Made by a program: the position numbers and the translations under genes. A stretch of DNA of 64,000 bases, from positions 1,276 through 65,275 of the forward strand of contig JBDOIE010000110.1 of NCBI GenBank assembly GCA_041082245.1, given 5' to 3'. This stretch comes from Chloroflexia bacterium (GTDB lineage Bacteria; Chloroflexota; Chloroflexia; DTKN01). The notes below the pieces were generated by a model, which did no database searches, was not told where the DNA came from, and was given only the letters and a program-made list of their open reading frames with translations. Positions 8,865 to 17,008 of this stretch are shown piece after piece; position 1 is the first letter of the stretch, and every line of letters begins with the position of its first letter.

Positions 8865-9868
8865 CAGAGCGGGAACAGTGGGATGCGTTCGTGGCCGCCC
8901 ACCCACAGGGCCATCTCTTGCAGTCCTTCGCGTGGGGAGAGCTGAAAGCACACTTCGGCTGGGAGCCGTTGCGCCTCGCCCTGGTCGAGCGGGGAAACAT
9001 CCGGGCCGCGGCCCAGCTCCTGCTGCGCCGATGGCCTTTTTTCACGATCGCCTATGTGCCGCGGGGCCCGGTCGTCGATTGGACGGACGAAGAGGCCGTG
9101 CGCGTCCTCCTGCAGGCCCTCGTGGAAACGGCGCGCACGCGGCGAGCGGTTTTCTTGCGGGTCGAGCCGAACCACCCGGAAGCGCTTCCTTTTCCGCTGG
9201 AAACGATGGGCTTCCGTCCGGGGACGCCGGTGCAGCCGCAGAGCACCCTGGTCGTCGCCCTTACCGTGGACGACGAATCCCTCCTGGCACGGATGAAGCC
9301 GAAGACGCGCTACAACATCCGCCTCGCGATGCGGCGGGGCGTGAGCGTGCGGCCGGCACGCGGCATCGAGGAAGTCCCGCTCTTTTACCGGCTTCTGGAG
9401 GAGACCGCCCGCCGCGACCGTTTCGGCATCCATACGCTTCCGTACTACCAGGCCTTTTACCGCCTGTTCAACGAGACTGAATGCGCCCGTCTGTTCTTCG
9501 CCGAGCGGGAAGGGCAGGTACTCGCCGCCCTCTGGGCAGCAGCGTTCGGAAGGGAAGCCATCTATATGTACGGCGCTTCCCGCAGCGAGGGCCAGGAGCA
9601 TATGCCCTCCTACCTTTTGCAGTGGGAAGCGATGCGCTGGGCCCGGGAGCGGGGCTGCACACGCTACGATCTGTGGGGCATCCCGGATAGCGTAGCGCGA
9701 GGCGAGGACCCCCGGGCCGGACGGCGTGAGAAGAACGTGCGGGACGGACTGTGGGGAGTGTACCGCTTCAAGCAGGGCTTCGGTGGACAGCTCGTCCGCA
9801 CGACGGGCGCCTGGGACCTCTCCCTCCACACCTGGATCTACCGGCTGTACCGCCGGATCGGCCGGTAG
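8840..9868 (+). CDS. FemAB-family aminoacyl-tRNA-dependent transferase (FemX/lipid II glycyltransferase-like GNAT fold)
   Basis: ...KTRYNIRLAMRRGVSVR...IYMYGASRSEGQEHMPSYLLQWEAMRWARERGCTRYDLWGI...WGVYRFKQGFGG. A GGAAGGAG RBS. Overlaps the ASCH gene's 3' end by 25 nt. Confidence 0.7.
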   Translation: MPVERFGLAEREQWDAFVAAHPQGHLLQSFAWGELKAHFGWEPLRLALVERGNIRAAAQLLLRRWPFFTIAYVPRGPVVDWTDEEAVRVLLQALVETARTRRAVFLRVEPNHPEALPFPLETMGFRPGTPVQPQSTLVVALTVDDESLLARMKPKTRYNIRLAMRRGVSVRPARGIEEVPLFYRLLEETARRDRFGIHTLPYYQAFYRLFNETECARLFFAEREGQVLAALWAAAFGREAIYMYGASRSEGQEHMPSYLLQWEAMRWARERGCTRYDLWGIPDSVARGEDPRAGRREKNVRDGLWGVYRFKQGFGGQLVRTTGAWDLSLHTWIYRLYRRIGR

Positions 9869-9924
9869 CAGCGGCACAGGGGACGCCGGCGATCGGCTTC
9901 TTCCGATCCGTCCCCGCTGCTCCC

Positions 9925-11001
9925 TCACGCCGCTGGGGGGAGCGGGTCGCCCGGCCGGGGCACTTCGGCAGGCCGCACCCGACCGTGGAACGTAGGCAGG
10001 GATCGCGCCAGGAAAAATCCAGCCAGAAGAGGAAACCAGAACGCCACTCCGCGGTACGCCAGCGTAACCGCCCAGGCGCCGTCGCGCGGCAGCCCCAGCG
10101 AGCGCAGTACGGTCACCATGGCCCCTTCCGTAAACCCGATGCCCTGCGGCGTGGGAGAGATGTTCGTCACCACACTGCTCAGGCTGTACCCTACCAGCAC
10201 GACAGGGACGGTCCCCTGCTGACCGAGCGCACGCACAACGAAGTAAAGGACCAGCGCGCTGGCCCCCTGGCCCAGGAGCGCCCACAGGGCGGCAACCGCC
10301 AGCCGACGTGGCTGCCGCACGATCTCGTGCACCGCCTGATGCAGCTGCAGCACAGCGCTCTCAGCGCTGCGAAAAGGGCGTGTGGACGGTCGGCCAAGCC
10401 GCTTCCTCAGCTTCCGAAATAGCCTCTGCACCCGGTCGAAGAAGCCCACAAGCCACACCGGCGCCCAACCCGCCAGCCCCAGGAGGAGAAGCAGCGCCGC
10501 CAGTCCCAGCCCGAGCACCACACCCGACCATTTCTGGTAGGAGCGGAGCAACCCCTGCTGGTACAGGTCGACCAGGGCGACGAGAAAGACCACCCCCAGG
10601 CTGGCGTAGCAGAAGGCAACGTAGGTGACCCCGGCAATGATCGCGCGTTCCGACCGCATCCCCCGTTGCCGGGCGTCGTCCGCCAGCAGCGCGATCACCG
10701 AAACCCCGCTGCTCGGGGCAACGACGCTCATGAACGGCATCACGACCACCAGCGGGAGAAGATGGCGATAGCGATAAGGGAGACCGGCAGAATGGCCGAT
10801 CTCCCGGTACAGGCCCGCCTGGGCGAGAAAGTAGCCGAACTGCGCCAGGCAGGCCAGCGCGAGCATAACGGGGTCGCATCGCGCAAGCACGCGGAGCACC
10901 TGCACCGCTTCGTTCCAGCGGATGACCACCGCAAGCAAAAAGAGGATCAACAGGGCGATATAGAGCATCGAACGAAGCGGGGGCGCCCTGCGCTCATCCA
11001 T
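9925..11001 (-). CDS. flippase-like domain membrane protein (UPF0104 / lysylphosphatidylglycerol synthase TM-region family)
   Basis: Eight or more predicted TM segments (MLYIALLILFLLAVVIRW...VVLGLGLAALLLLLGLAGW...). Family-typical polytopic architecture. The start is 3 nt after the PIG-L gene stop. Confidence 0.7.
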   Translation of the reverse strand: MDERRAPPLRSMLYIALLILFLLAVVIRWNEAVQVLRVLARCDPVMLALACLAQFGYFLAQAGLYREIGHSAGLPYRYRHLLPLVVVMPFMSVVAPSSGVSVIALLADDARQRGMRSERAIIAGVTYVAFCYASLGVVFLVALVDLYQQGLLRSYQKWSGVVLGLGLAALLLLLGLAGWAPVWLVGFFDRVQRLFRKLRKRLGRPSTRPFRSAESAVLQLHQAVHEIVRQPRRLAVAALWALLGQGASALVLYFVVRALGQQGTVPVVLVGYSLSSVVTNISPTPQGIGFTEGAMVTVLRSLGLPRDGAWAVTLAYRGVAFWFPLLAGFFLARSLPTFHGRVRPAEVPRPGDPLPPAA

Positions 11002-11004
11002 CGG

Positions 11005-11823
11005 CTACCCCAATCCGGCGAAGAGGTCATCTTCTGGCCCCTCGATCGCTACCCCTCGGGATGCGGCCAGCGTGAACCACTCGTAGCCCCAAAGCTCGGC
11101 CATCTCCTCGGGCGGCAACCGAAGCCAGGGGCTCGTCGGGGCGAGCTGCGTACGGTGACAGCGCAGCGCCTGCCGTTTGATCTCGAGATAGGAGCGGATG
11201 TCCAGCCGGGTGGTCACCTGTTCGTCAGGAAGGGCGAAACGTTCGATCTCCTCTTCACTTGGGGGACGGTCGACCAGACCGAGCTCCCACATCTTCTGCC
11301 GCAGGCGGCGCAACGCCGACCGGGGCCGTGCCAGGAAGTACAGTTTGCGCGGCGGGCCTTCGGGTTCGGCGGCTCGTTCCCAGGCGAGACGCACGTACCG
11401 GTGCACCGCCACGTGGTCCGGATGGCCGTAGCCTCCGTCCGGGCCGAACGTCACCACAACCTCGGGGCGGAACTCGCGGAAGAGCGCCAGGATGCGGGAA
11501 ACGACCTCCTCCGGGTCGGCCTGGATGAGCGCCCGAGGATCGTGGTTGTCCGGAGCCCCGGACATACCGGAATCGCGATACCCCAGGAAGCGGAGTTCCT
11601 CAACCCCGAGCACGCGGCATGCACAGCGGAGTTCCTCTTCCCGTACCCGCCCCATGTCTTCGGGCTGTGGTACCCCCTCTTCGTGCACGATCCCCGCTTC
11701 CCCTCGGGTCGCGCACCCGAGCACCACCCGCACGCCCGCCCGCGCATACCGGGCAAGGGTACCTCCGGTGGCGAACGATTCGTCGTCCGGATGGGCAAAA
11801 ACAGCAAGAAGGGTTCGCCGCAT
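11005..11823 (-). CDS. PIG-L/LmbE family N-acetylglucosaminyl deacetylase
   Basis: MRRTLLAVFAHPDDESFATGGTLARYARAGVRVVLGCATRGEAG...VVTFGPDGGYGHPDHVAVH. Zn-binding AHPDDE and HPDH motifs. Confidence 0.8.
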   Translation of the reverse strand: MRRTLLAVFAHPDDESFATGGTLARYARAGVRVVLGCATRGEAGIVHEEGVPQPEDMGRVREEELRCACRVLGVEELRFLGYRDSGMSGAPDNHDPRALIQADPEEVVSRILALFREFRPEVVVTFGPDGGYGHPDHVAVHRYVRLAWERAAEPEGPPRKLYFLARPRSALRRLRQKMWELGLVDRPPSEEEIERFALPDEQVTTRLDIRSYLEIKRQALRCHRTQLAPTSPWLRLPPEEMAELWGYEWFTLAASRGVAIEGPEDDLFAGLG

Positions 11824-11834
11824 CGCGTCTTTCC

Positions 11835-14639
11835 CTATTTCAAGTCTCCCCAGGTCGGGCCCGTGTGCGCCTCCACCCGGAGCGGCGCAGCCAGCGGGTA
11901 GGCGCCTTCCATGATCTCGACCACCATGGGCGGTACGGTCTCTACCTCCTCCTCTGGCACCTCGAGCACCAGTTCGTCGTGCACCTGGAGGAGCATACGG
12001 CTTCGCAGTCCCTGCTCCTTGAGCGCTCGGTGCAGGCGCACCATTGCGATCTTGATAATGTCCGCCGCGCTCCCCTGGATCGGGGCGTTGATCGCTTCGC
12101 GCTCGGCGGCGGCACGGACGTTGCGGTTGCTGGCGTTCAGTTCGGGGATGTAACGCCGTCGTCCCAGGATCGTGGAGACGTAGCCCAGTCGCCGTCCTTC
12201 CTGTACGGTCTTTTCCAGGTAGCGCCGCACCGCGGGATAGCGCTGAAAATAGGTCGCGATAAAGCGCGCTGCTTCCTCCTGTTCGATCCCCAGCCGCTGG
12301 GCGAGTCCGTATTCGCTCATCCCATACATCAGGCCAAAGTTCACCGTCTTGGCCATACGGCGCTGCTCCGGCGTCACTTGATCCGTGGGCACACCGAAGA
12401 GGGTGGAAGCCGTGCTCGCGTGGATATCCTCGCCGCGAGCAAACGCCTCGAGCAGGCCCGGATCGCCAGAAAGATGGGCGAGGATGCGCAGCTCCACCTG
12501 GGAGTAGTCGGCGGAAAGGAGCACCCAGCCGGGGTCCGCGATGAACGCGCGGCGTACTTGCTTCCCGATCTCCCCACGGACCGGGATGTTCTGCAGGTTG
12601 GGGTCGGACGAGGAGAGCCGGCCGGTTGCGGTGATCGTCTGGTTGAACGAAGTGTGCACCCGGCCCGTGCGCCGGTTGACGAGCAAGGGAAGTGCATCCA
12701 CGTAGGTCGATTTGATCTTCGCCAACTCCCGGTAATTCAGCACCGCCTCGACGATCGGATGGGCCGAGCGGAGCTTTTCCAGGACATCGCTCGCGGTGGA
12801 GTATCCGCCCGACTTTAGCCGGCTGGTCGCCGTGGTGGGAAGGCCCAGTTCCTGGAACAGCACCTCGCCGAGCTGCTGGGTAGAGTTGATATTGAAAGGG
12901 TGGCCGGCCAGGCGGTAGATTTCCCTCTCAAGGGCGACCATCTCTTCGTGCAGCTGGCGCGACATCTCCTGCAGGAACGGGACGTCCAGCCGCACACCGG
13001 TGCGCTCCATCTCCAGCAGCACTTCGACCAGCGGCATCTCCAGGTCCGTGAAGAGGCGCAGCAGTTCCGGCTCTTCGGCCAGCCGCGCCGCGAGCACCTG
13101 CTGGAGGCGGCACGTCATATCCGCATCGGCACAGGCGTAGGGACCGACCTCCTCGATCGCCGCGCGGTCCATCGTGCGCTGCCCTTTCCCCTTCCCCAGG
13201 ATGTCGCCGATCTCCTTCATCTGGACGCCCAGGTAGAGAAAAGCCAGGTTCTTGAGCCCTACCGAGCGGTCAGCCCGCTGGGCCGCGCTCAGGGCCGCCT
13301 CCCCTTCTTCGCCCGAAAGCCCCGATCGTCCCCCAAGCAGGTAGGCGGCGATCATCGTGTCGAAGACAACACCTTGCACCGGAAGCCCATGCTCGAGGAG
13401 CACGAGCATATCGAACTTGGCGTGATGCGCATACTTGGGGATAGCCGGATCGCCCAGCAGTGGCGCCAACCGATCCCGCACCTCCTCCCAGGGGAGCTGG
13501 CCCGGGAGCGGCCGGCCAAGCGCGTCCCGGTGACCCACCGGGACGTACCAGGCCCGGCCATCCGGCACCGCGAAGGAAAGGCCCACAAGGTCTGCCTGGA
13601 GCGGCTGAAGCGAGGTCGTCTCCGTATCCAGGGCGAAAGGCCCCTTTCCGAGCGCCGCGAGCATCTCCGCAAGCGCCTGCCGCTCACGCACGATGTGGTA
13701 GGCCGGAGGGGCCCCTTCGACCGAAAAAAGCGGCAACTGGCGTGTGGCCGCGGGCGCCTCAGCCTCCTTCCGTGGTTTCGGCAGGCGACTCAGGAGGCTG
13801 CGGAACTCCAGTTCGCGAAAGATCGCCAGGGCCGCTGACTCGTCGTAGAAGCCGAAACGGCTTTTCTCCAGGTCGAGTTTCACCGGAACGTCCGTACGGA
13901 TCCTCGCGAGGTCCCGGCTGAGGAAGGCCTGGTCCCGGTGGGCCTCGAGCATCTTCCGGTAGCGTTCTGGAACCTGGTCCAGGTTGCGATAGACGCCGTC
14001 CAGGTCGCCGTATCGCACGACAAGCTCCTGCGCCGTCTTGTCGCCGATCCCGGGAACGCCCGGGATGTTGTCGGAGGGGTCGCCCTTGAGCGCCTTGAAC
14101 TCGATGAGCTGTCGTGGGGAAAAGCCGTACCGTTCTTGTACTGCCTCCGGATCGTAACGGAGCGTATCCGCGTACTTGCGTCCGGGGACCAGCACGTGGG
14201 TCTGTTCGTCCACCAGCTGCAGCGCATCCGCGTCCCCGGTGACGATGAGCGTCTGCAGCCCGGCCTCCTTCGCCTGGCGGGCCAGCGTGCCGATCAGGTC
14301 ATCCGCCTCGTAGCCATCCAGCCCGCAGACGCGGATGCCCAGCGCCTGGAGCACCTCTTCCGTGCGCGCAACCTGAGGGCGCAGGTCGTCGGGCATCTTC
14401 GCCCGATGTGCCTTGTACTCGGGATACAGGTCGTGACGGAAGGTCGGGCCCCGATCCATGCAGACGATCACATACTCGGGGTTTTCCTCGGCGAGCACCT
14501 TCAGCACGGTCGAGAGAAAGCCGTAGATGGCGTTCGTCGGTTCTCCCTTCGAGGTGATCATGGTTGCCGGGAGTGCATGGTAGGCCCGGTAGAGCAGGGC
14601 ATGCCCGTCGATCAATACCAGCTTCGGACGCTCGGCCAT
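11835..14639 (-). CDS. polA: DNA polymerase I
   Basis: MAERPKLVLIDGHALLYRAYHALP... 5'-3' exonuclease domain, then 3'-5' exo-like domain, then the Pol A motifs (DYSQVELRILAHLS, QVHDELVLE). ATG (M21 of the ORF) after GGAGGAGG. Confidence 0.95.
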   Translation of the reverse strand: MAERPKLVLIDGHALLYRAYHALPATMITSKGEPTNAIYGFLSTVLKVLAEENPEYVIVCMDRGPTFRHDLYPEYKAHRAKMPDDLRPQVARTEEVLQALGIRVCGLDGYEADDLIGTLARQAKEAGLQTLIVTGDADALQLVDEQTHVLVPGRKYADTLRYDPEAVQERYGFSPRQLIEFKALKGDPSDNIPGVPGIGDKTAQELVVRYGDLDGVYRNLDQVPERYRKMLEAHRDQAFLSRDLARIRTDVPVKLDLEKSRFGFYDESAALAIFRELEFRSLLSRLPKPRKEAEAPAATRQLPLFSVEGAPPAYHIVRERQALAEMLAALGKGPFALDTETTSLQPLQADLVGLSFAVPDGRAWYVPVGHRDALGRPLPGQLPWEEVRDRLAPLLGDPAIPKYAHHAKFDMLVLLEHGLPVQGVVFDTMIAAYLLGGRSGLSGEEGEAALSAAQRADRSVGLKNLAFLYLGVQMKEIGDILGKGKGQRTMDRAAIEEVGPYACADADMTCRLQQVLAARLAEEPELLRLFTDLEMPLVEVLLEMERTGVRLDVPFLQEMSRQLHEEMVALEREIYRLAGHPFNINSTQQLGEVLFQELGLPTTATSRLKSGGYSTASDVLEKLRSAHPIVEAVLNYRELAKIKSTYVDALPLLVNRRTGRVHTSFNQTITATGRLSSSDPNLQNIPVRGEIGKQVRRAFIADPGWVLLSADYSQVELRILAHLSGDPGLLEAFARGEDIHASTASTLFGVPTDQVTPEQRRMAKTVNFGLMYGMSEYGLAQRLGIEQEEAARFIATYFQRYPAVRRYLEKTVQEGRRLGYVSTILGRRRYIPELNASNRNVRAAAEREAINAPIQGSAADIIKIAMVRLHRALKEQGLRSRMLLQVHDELVLEVPEEEVETVPPMVVEIMEGAYPLAAPLRVEAHTGPTWGDLK

Positions 14640-14713
14640 CGCGCACCTCCTCCGTCGACGGCGTAGCCGCATTGTACACCATCGGTGAAGACCGCGCAAA
14701 CTGAGCTCCGCGC

Positions 14714-14741
14714 TTGACTTCCGCTGCCGTCTCGTTACAAT
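14714..14741 (+). promoter_or_regulatory. candidate promoter TTGACT - 16 nt - TACAAT
   Basis: gcgcTTGACTtccgctgccgtctcgtTACAATagg in the polA upstream intergenic region, reading away from polA. Confidence 0.35.
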
Positions 14742-14773
14742 AGGGCCGTCAAGGATGGTGCAAGGCCATAAAG

Positions 14774-15010
14774 GTGCTGGTCAAACCTCGTATGGCCGCA
14801 TGGTTGGCGCAGCGGCGCAAGGCCGAGGAACGGCTACGCCTGGAACGGCTGGAGAGGATGGAACACCTCACGCCTGAGGAGTCTTTGCGGGCCTATCCTG
14901 CGCTGTGGGAATTTCGCCCCGCAACTCGCGTGGACATCCCCCCTTTGATCCGCGCAATGCGGAAGGCCGCCGACGCGTTGAACCGGAGGAAGACCCGTGG
15001 GTCTCCTTGA
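14774..15010 (+). CDS. hypothetical small protein (78 aa)
   Basis: GTG-start ORF MLVKPRMAAWLAQRRKAEERLRLERLERMEHLTPEESLRAYPALWEFRP... downstream of the candidate promoter. No recognisable family. Overlaps a downstream truncated nucleotidyltransferase-like frame. Confidence 0.3.
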   Translation: MLVKPRMAAWLAQRRKAEERLRLERLERMEHLTPEESLRAYPALWEFRPATRVDIPPLIRAMRKAADALNRRKTRGSP

Positions 15011-15215
15011 CGCGGCCCGGCAGGTAGCGGAGCTTCTCGCGCAGCGACGCATCCCACAAGCCTGGATCGGCGGCCTTGCGCTCCGGCATTGGGGCGAACC
15101 TCGCCTGAGCTACGAAATGGCTTTCCGGCTTCAGGGAAGTGACAGAGGAGCACGATCCTCTGGCGCTATTTGAGCACTGTCTGCACGAGGCGTCTGGGTC
15201 AGCGCAAGAACAGCC

Positions 15216-16889
15216 GTGGAACCATCTTTCGAGCAAGTGCGCCGTGCAATCCGCGAGTGCCTGCGCAAGGGAGAAAAGGAACAGGCACTGGTCACGGTAG
15301 AAGCTTTCCTTAAGAAGGCACCGGATAGCGTCCCTGCCCTGATCTGGTATGCCGGCCTTACGCCCGACCTGGAAAAGGGCATCCAGGCACTGGAGCGCGT
15401 TCTCGAACTCGACCCGCAGAATCCGCGTGCCCGCGCTGGGCTTCAGGACCTGCGCGCGCGGCTCGCCAGCATACGTCCCACGGAGGAACCCCCTGCACAG
15501 GAGGACGGCGAGCTGGCGGCCTCGACCGGTATCCCGGCCCCAGCGGCTGGCGCGGAGTCGCTCATTGGCGCTACGGTGCACGGGGACGAGGTGATCGCAT
15601 TCGCCGAAAGCCTGATCTGGCCGTTCCGGGGGCTAAACCGCCCCATCGGAGAGCTGCTGAAGGAAGGCAATATCCGAGACAAGGACCTCGCCTGGGCCGG
15701 CGGGAACGCGCGCGATCCCCGCCTGCGGTGGGCAGCGGGCATCCTTCTGCGCCGCAGCGAGCTCCGGGGGAAAGAATTCCCGGTGGATGCCGCCCGGACG
15801 GCGGTGTGGCCGTTCCGGGGGTTGAACCGGCCTATCGGCGAGCTTGTAGCCGCAGGCACGGTGCGACTGGAGGATCTGGCATACGCCCTGCTCCAGGGAA
15901 GGGAGGCTTCCCTGCGTTGCGCCGCCGCAGTGGTGGGGTATGCAATCGTGCGCGGCAGCGCGCAGTGCATGCCCGCCAAGGAAGCGAAGAGCGAGCGCGT
16001 GCCGGAGCGGCCTGTGGAAGCCGCGCCCGGCAAACCGCTGGCACAGGGCGCGACGCACGTGTCAGCGGCGGGGCGTGCCCGTCCCCAGGAAGAAGCCGCT
16101 GTGGAAGCACCGCCTCCGGGCCGCCTGGAGGTCGTTCTGGAGAGCGGGTACCTCGAAAAGCAACAGCGAGCCCACCGGGAGAAGCGCAAAAGGATCATCA
16201 GATGGGTGCTGATGCTTCTCGCCCCGCTTGCATTCGTGACGATGTTGAGCGGTATCCTGCTCCCCACGCGTAAGGTGCCTCTACACATCGCTGTCGCTCT
16301 GCTGTTTGCCCTGTGGGTGATCGAAGGCTTGCTCGATCGGACCATCGTGCCGATCGTGAACCGACTCAGGAGGGAAGAAGAGGCCTACGCGCGCGGCAGG
16401 GCGGCCGAGGATCGGTTGGCGGCGCTGTTGAGCAAGCATTTGGACTCCGCCTGGACGCTCTTTCGCAACGTCGTCCTTCCCGGCCGGCCGGACGATATCG
16501 ACGCGGTCCTGCTCGGACCACGCGGCCTGTACGCGCTGGAGGTGAAGGCCTACAGCGGGTTGTACCGCAATGTGGGAGAGCGGTGGGAATACCGCCACGG
16601 GCGATTCTGGCGAGAGGCCGACGAAAACCCGACCGCGCAGGCCCTTGGGAACGCCGCGCGGCTCCGGGATTACCTGCGCGAGATCGTGGGAACGGAGGTC
16701 TGGGTGGAACCGCGCGTCGTCTGGGGCGGAAACCACCGGGTGGTCTTCGAGCAGTCGCGGGTGCGCATCTGGGAACTGGGACGACCCGATTACTGGCTCC
16801 GCGAGCTTTGCAACGGGAAGCCTCTGCCGAAAGAGACGGTCGAACGCATCCGGGTCGCCCTGAGGGCGGTCTGCTCCACGTTGCGGTGA
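15216..16889 (+). CDS. TPR-like / tandem-repeat / two-TM / C-terminal NERD (nuclease-related) domain protein
   Basis: N-terminal TPR-like helices. Two roughly 60-aa repeats, each containing WPFRGLNRPIGEL. TM helices IIRWVLMLLAPLAFVTMLSGILL and HIAVALLFALWVIEGLL. C-terminal ...GRPDDIDAVLLGPRGLYALEVKAYSG... is the NERD signature. GTG start. Confidence 0.7.
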   Translation: MEPSFEQVRRAIRECLRKGEKEQALVTVEAFLKKAPDSVPALIWYAGLTPDLEKGIQALERVLELDPQNPRARAGLQDLRARLASIRPTEEPPAQEDGELAASTGIPAPAAGAESLIGATVHGDEVIAFAESLIWPFRGLNRPIGELLKEGNIRDKDLAWAGGNARDPRLRWAAGILLRRSELRGKEFPVDAARTAVWPFRGLNRPIGELVAAGTVRLEDLAYALLQGREASLRCAAAVVGYAIVRGSAQCMPAKEAKSERVPERPVEAAPGKPLAQGATHVSAAGRARPQEEAAVEAPPPGRLEVVLESGYLEKQQRAHREKRKRIIRWVLMLLAPLAFVTMLSGILLPTRKVPLHIAVALLFALWVIEGLLDRTIVPIVNRLRREEEAYARGRAAEDRLAALLSKHLDSAWTLFRNVVLPGRPDDIDAVLLGPRGLYALEVKAYSGLYRNVGERWEYRHGRFWREADENPTAQALGNAARLRDYLREIVGTEVWVEPRVVWGGNHRVVFEQSRVRIWELGRPDYWLRELCNGKPLPKETVERIRVALRAVCSTLR

Positions 16890-16948
16890 ACCGTCGATGC
16901 TCGAGGTTGTGCTATAATTGCTATGCCAGCATGTCTAGCCCGTGAGAG

Positions 16949-16989
16949 GGGCACCCAGCTGGGTTTCCGGCTGGGTGCCCGTTCTTTTA
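16949..16989 (+). terminator. intrinsic terminator (14-bp stem GGGCACCCAGCUGG/CCGGCUGGGUGCCC then GUUCUUUUAG)
   Basis: A perfect long GC stem with a 4-nt loop and a U-tract lies 60 nt after the NERD gene stop and 20 nt before the SBP gene RBS. Confidence 0.55.
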
Positions 16990-17008
16990 GCAGAAGGAGG
17001 AAACTGAA

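Noticed and set aside
14993-15172. Calling the nucleotidyltransferase-like frame as a CDS
   Set aside because: It is only 59 codons and stops before the catalytic core of the family. I treated it as a probable pseudogene remnant (see findings), not a feature.
16900-17008. TPP (THI-box) riboswitch upstream of the NMT1/THI5-like SBP
   Set aside because: NMT1-type HMP/thiamine binding proteins are often TPP-regulated. The leader, though, is only about 70 nt and lacks the CUGAGA ... ACCUGAUCUGGAUAAUGCCAGCG core. The hairpin is better explained as a plain terminator.
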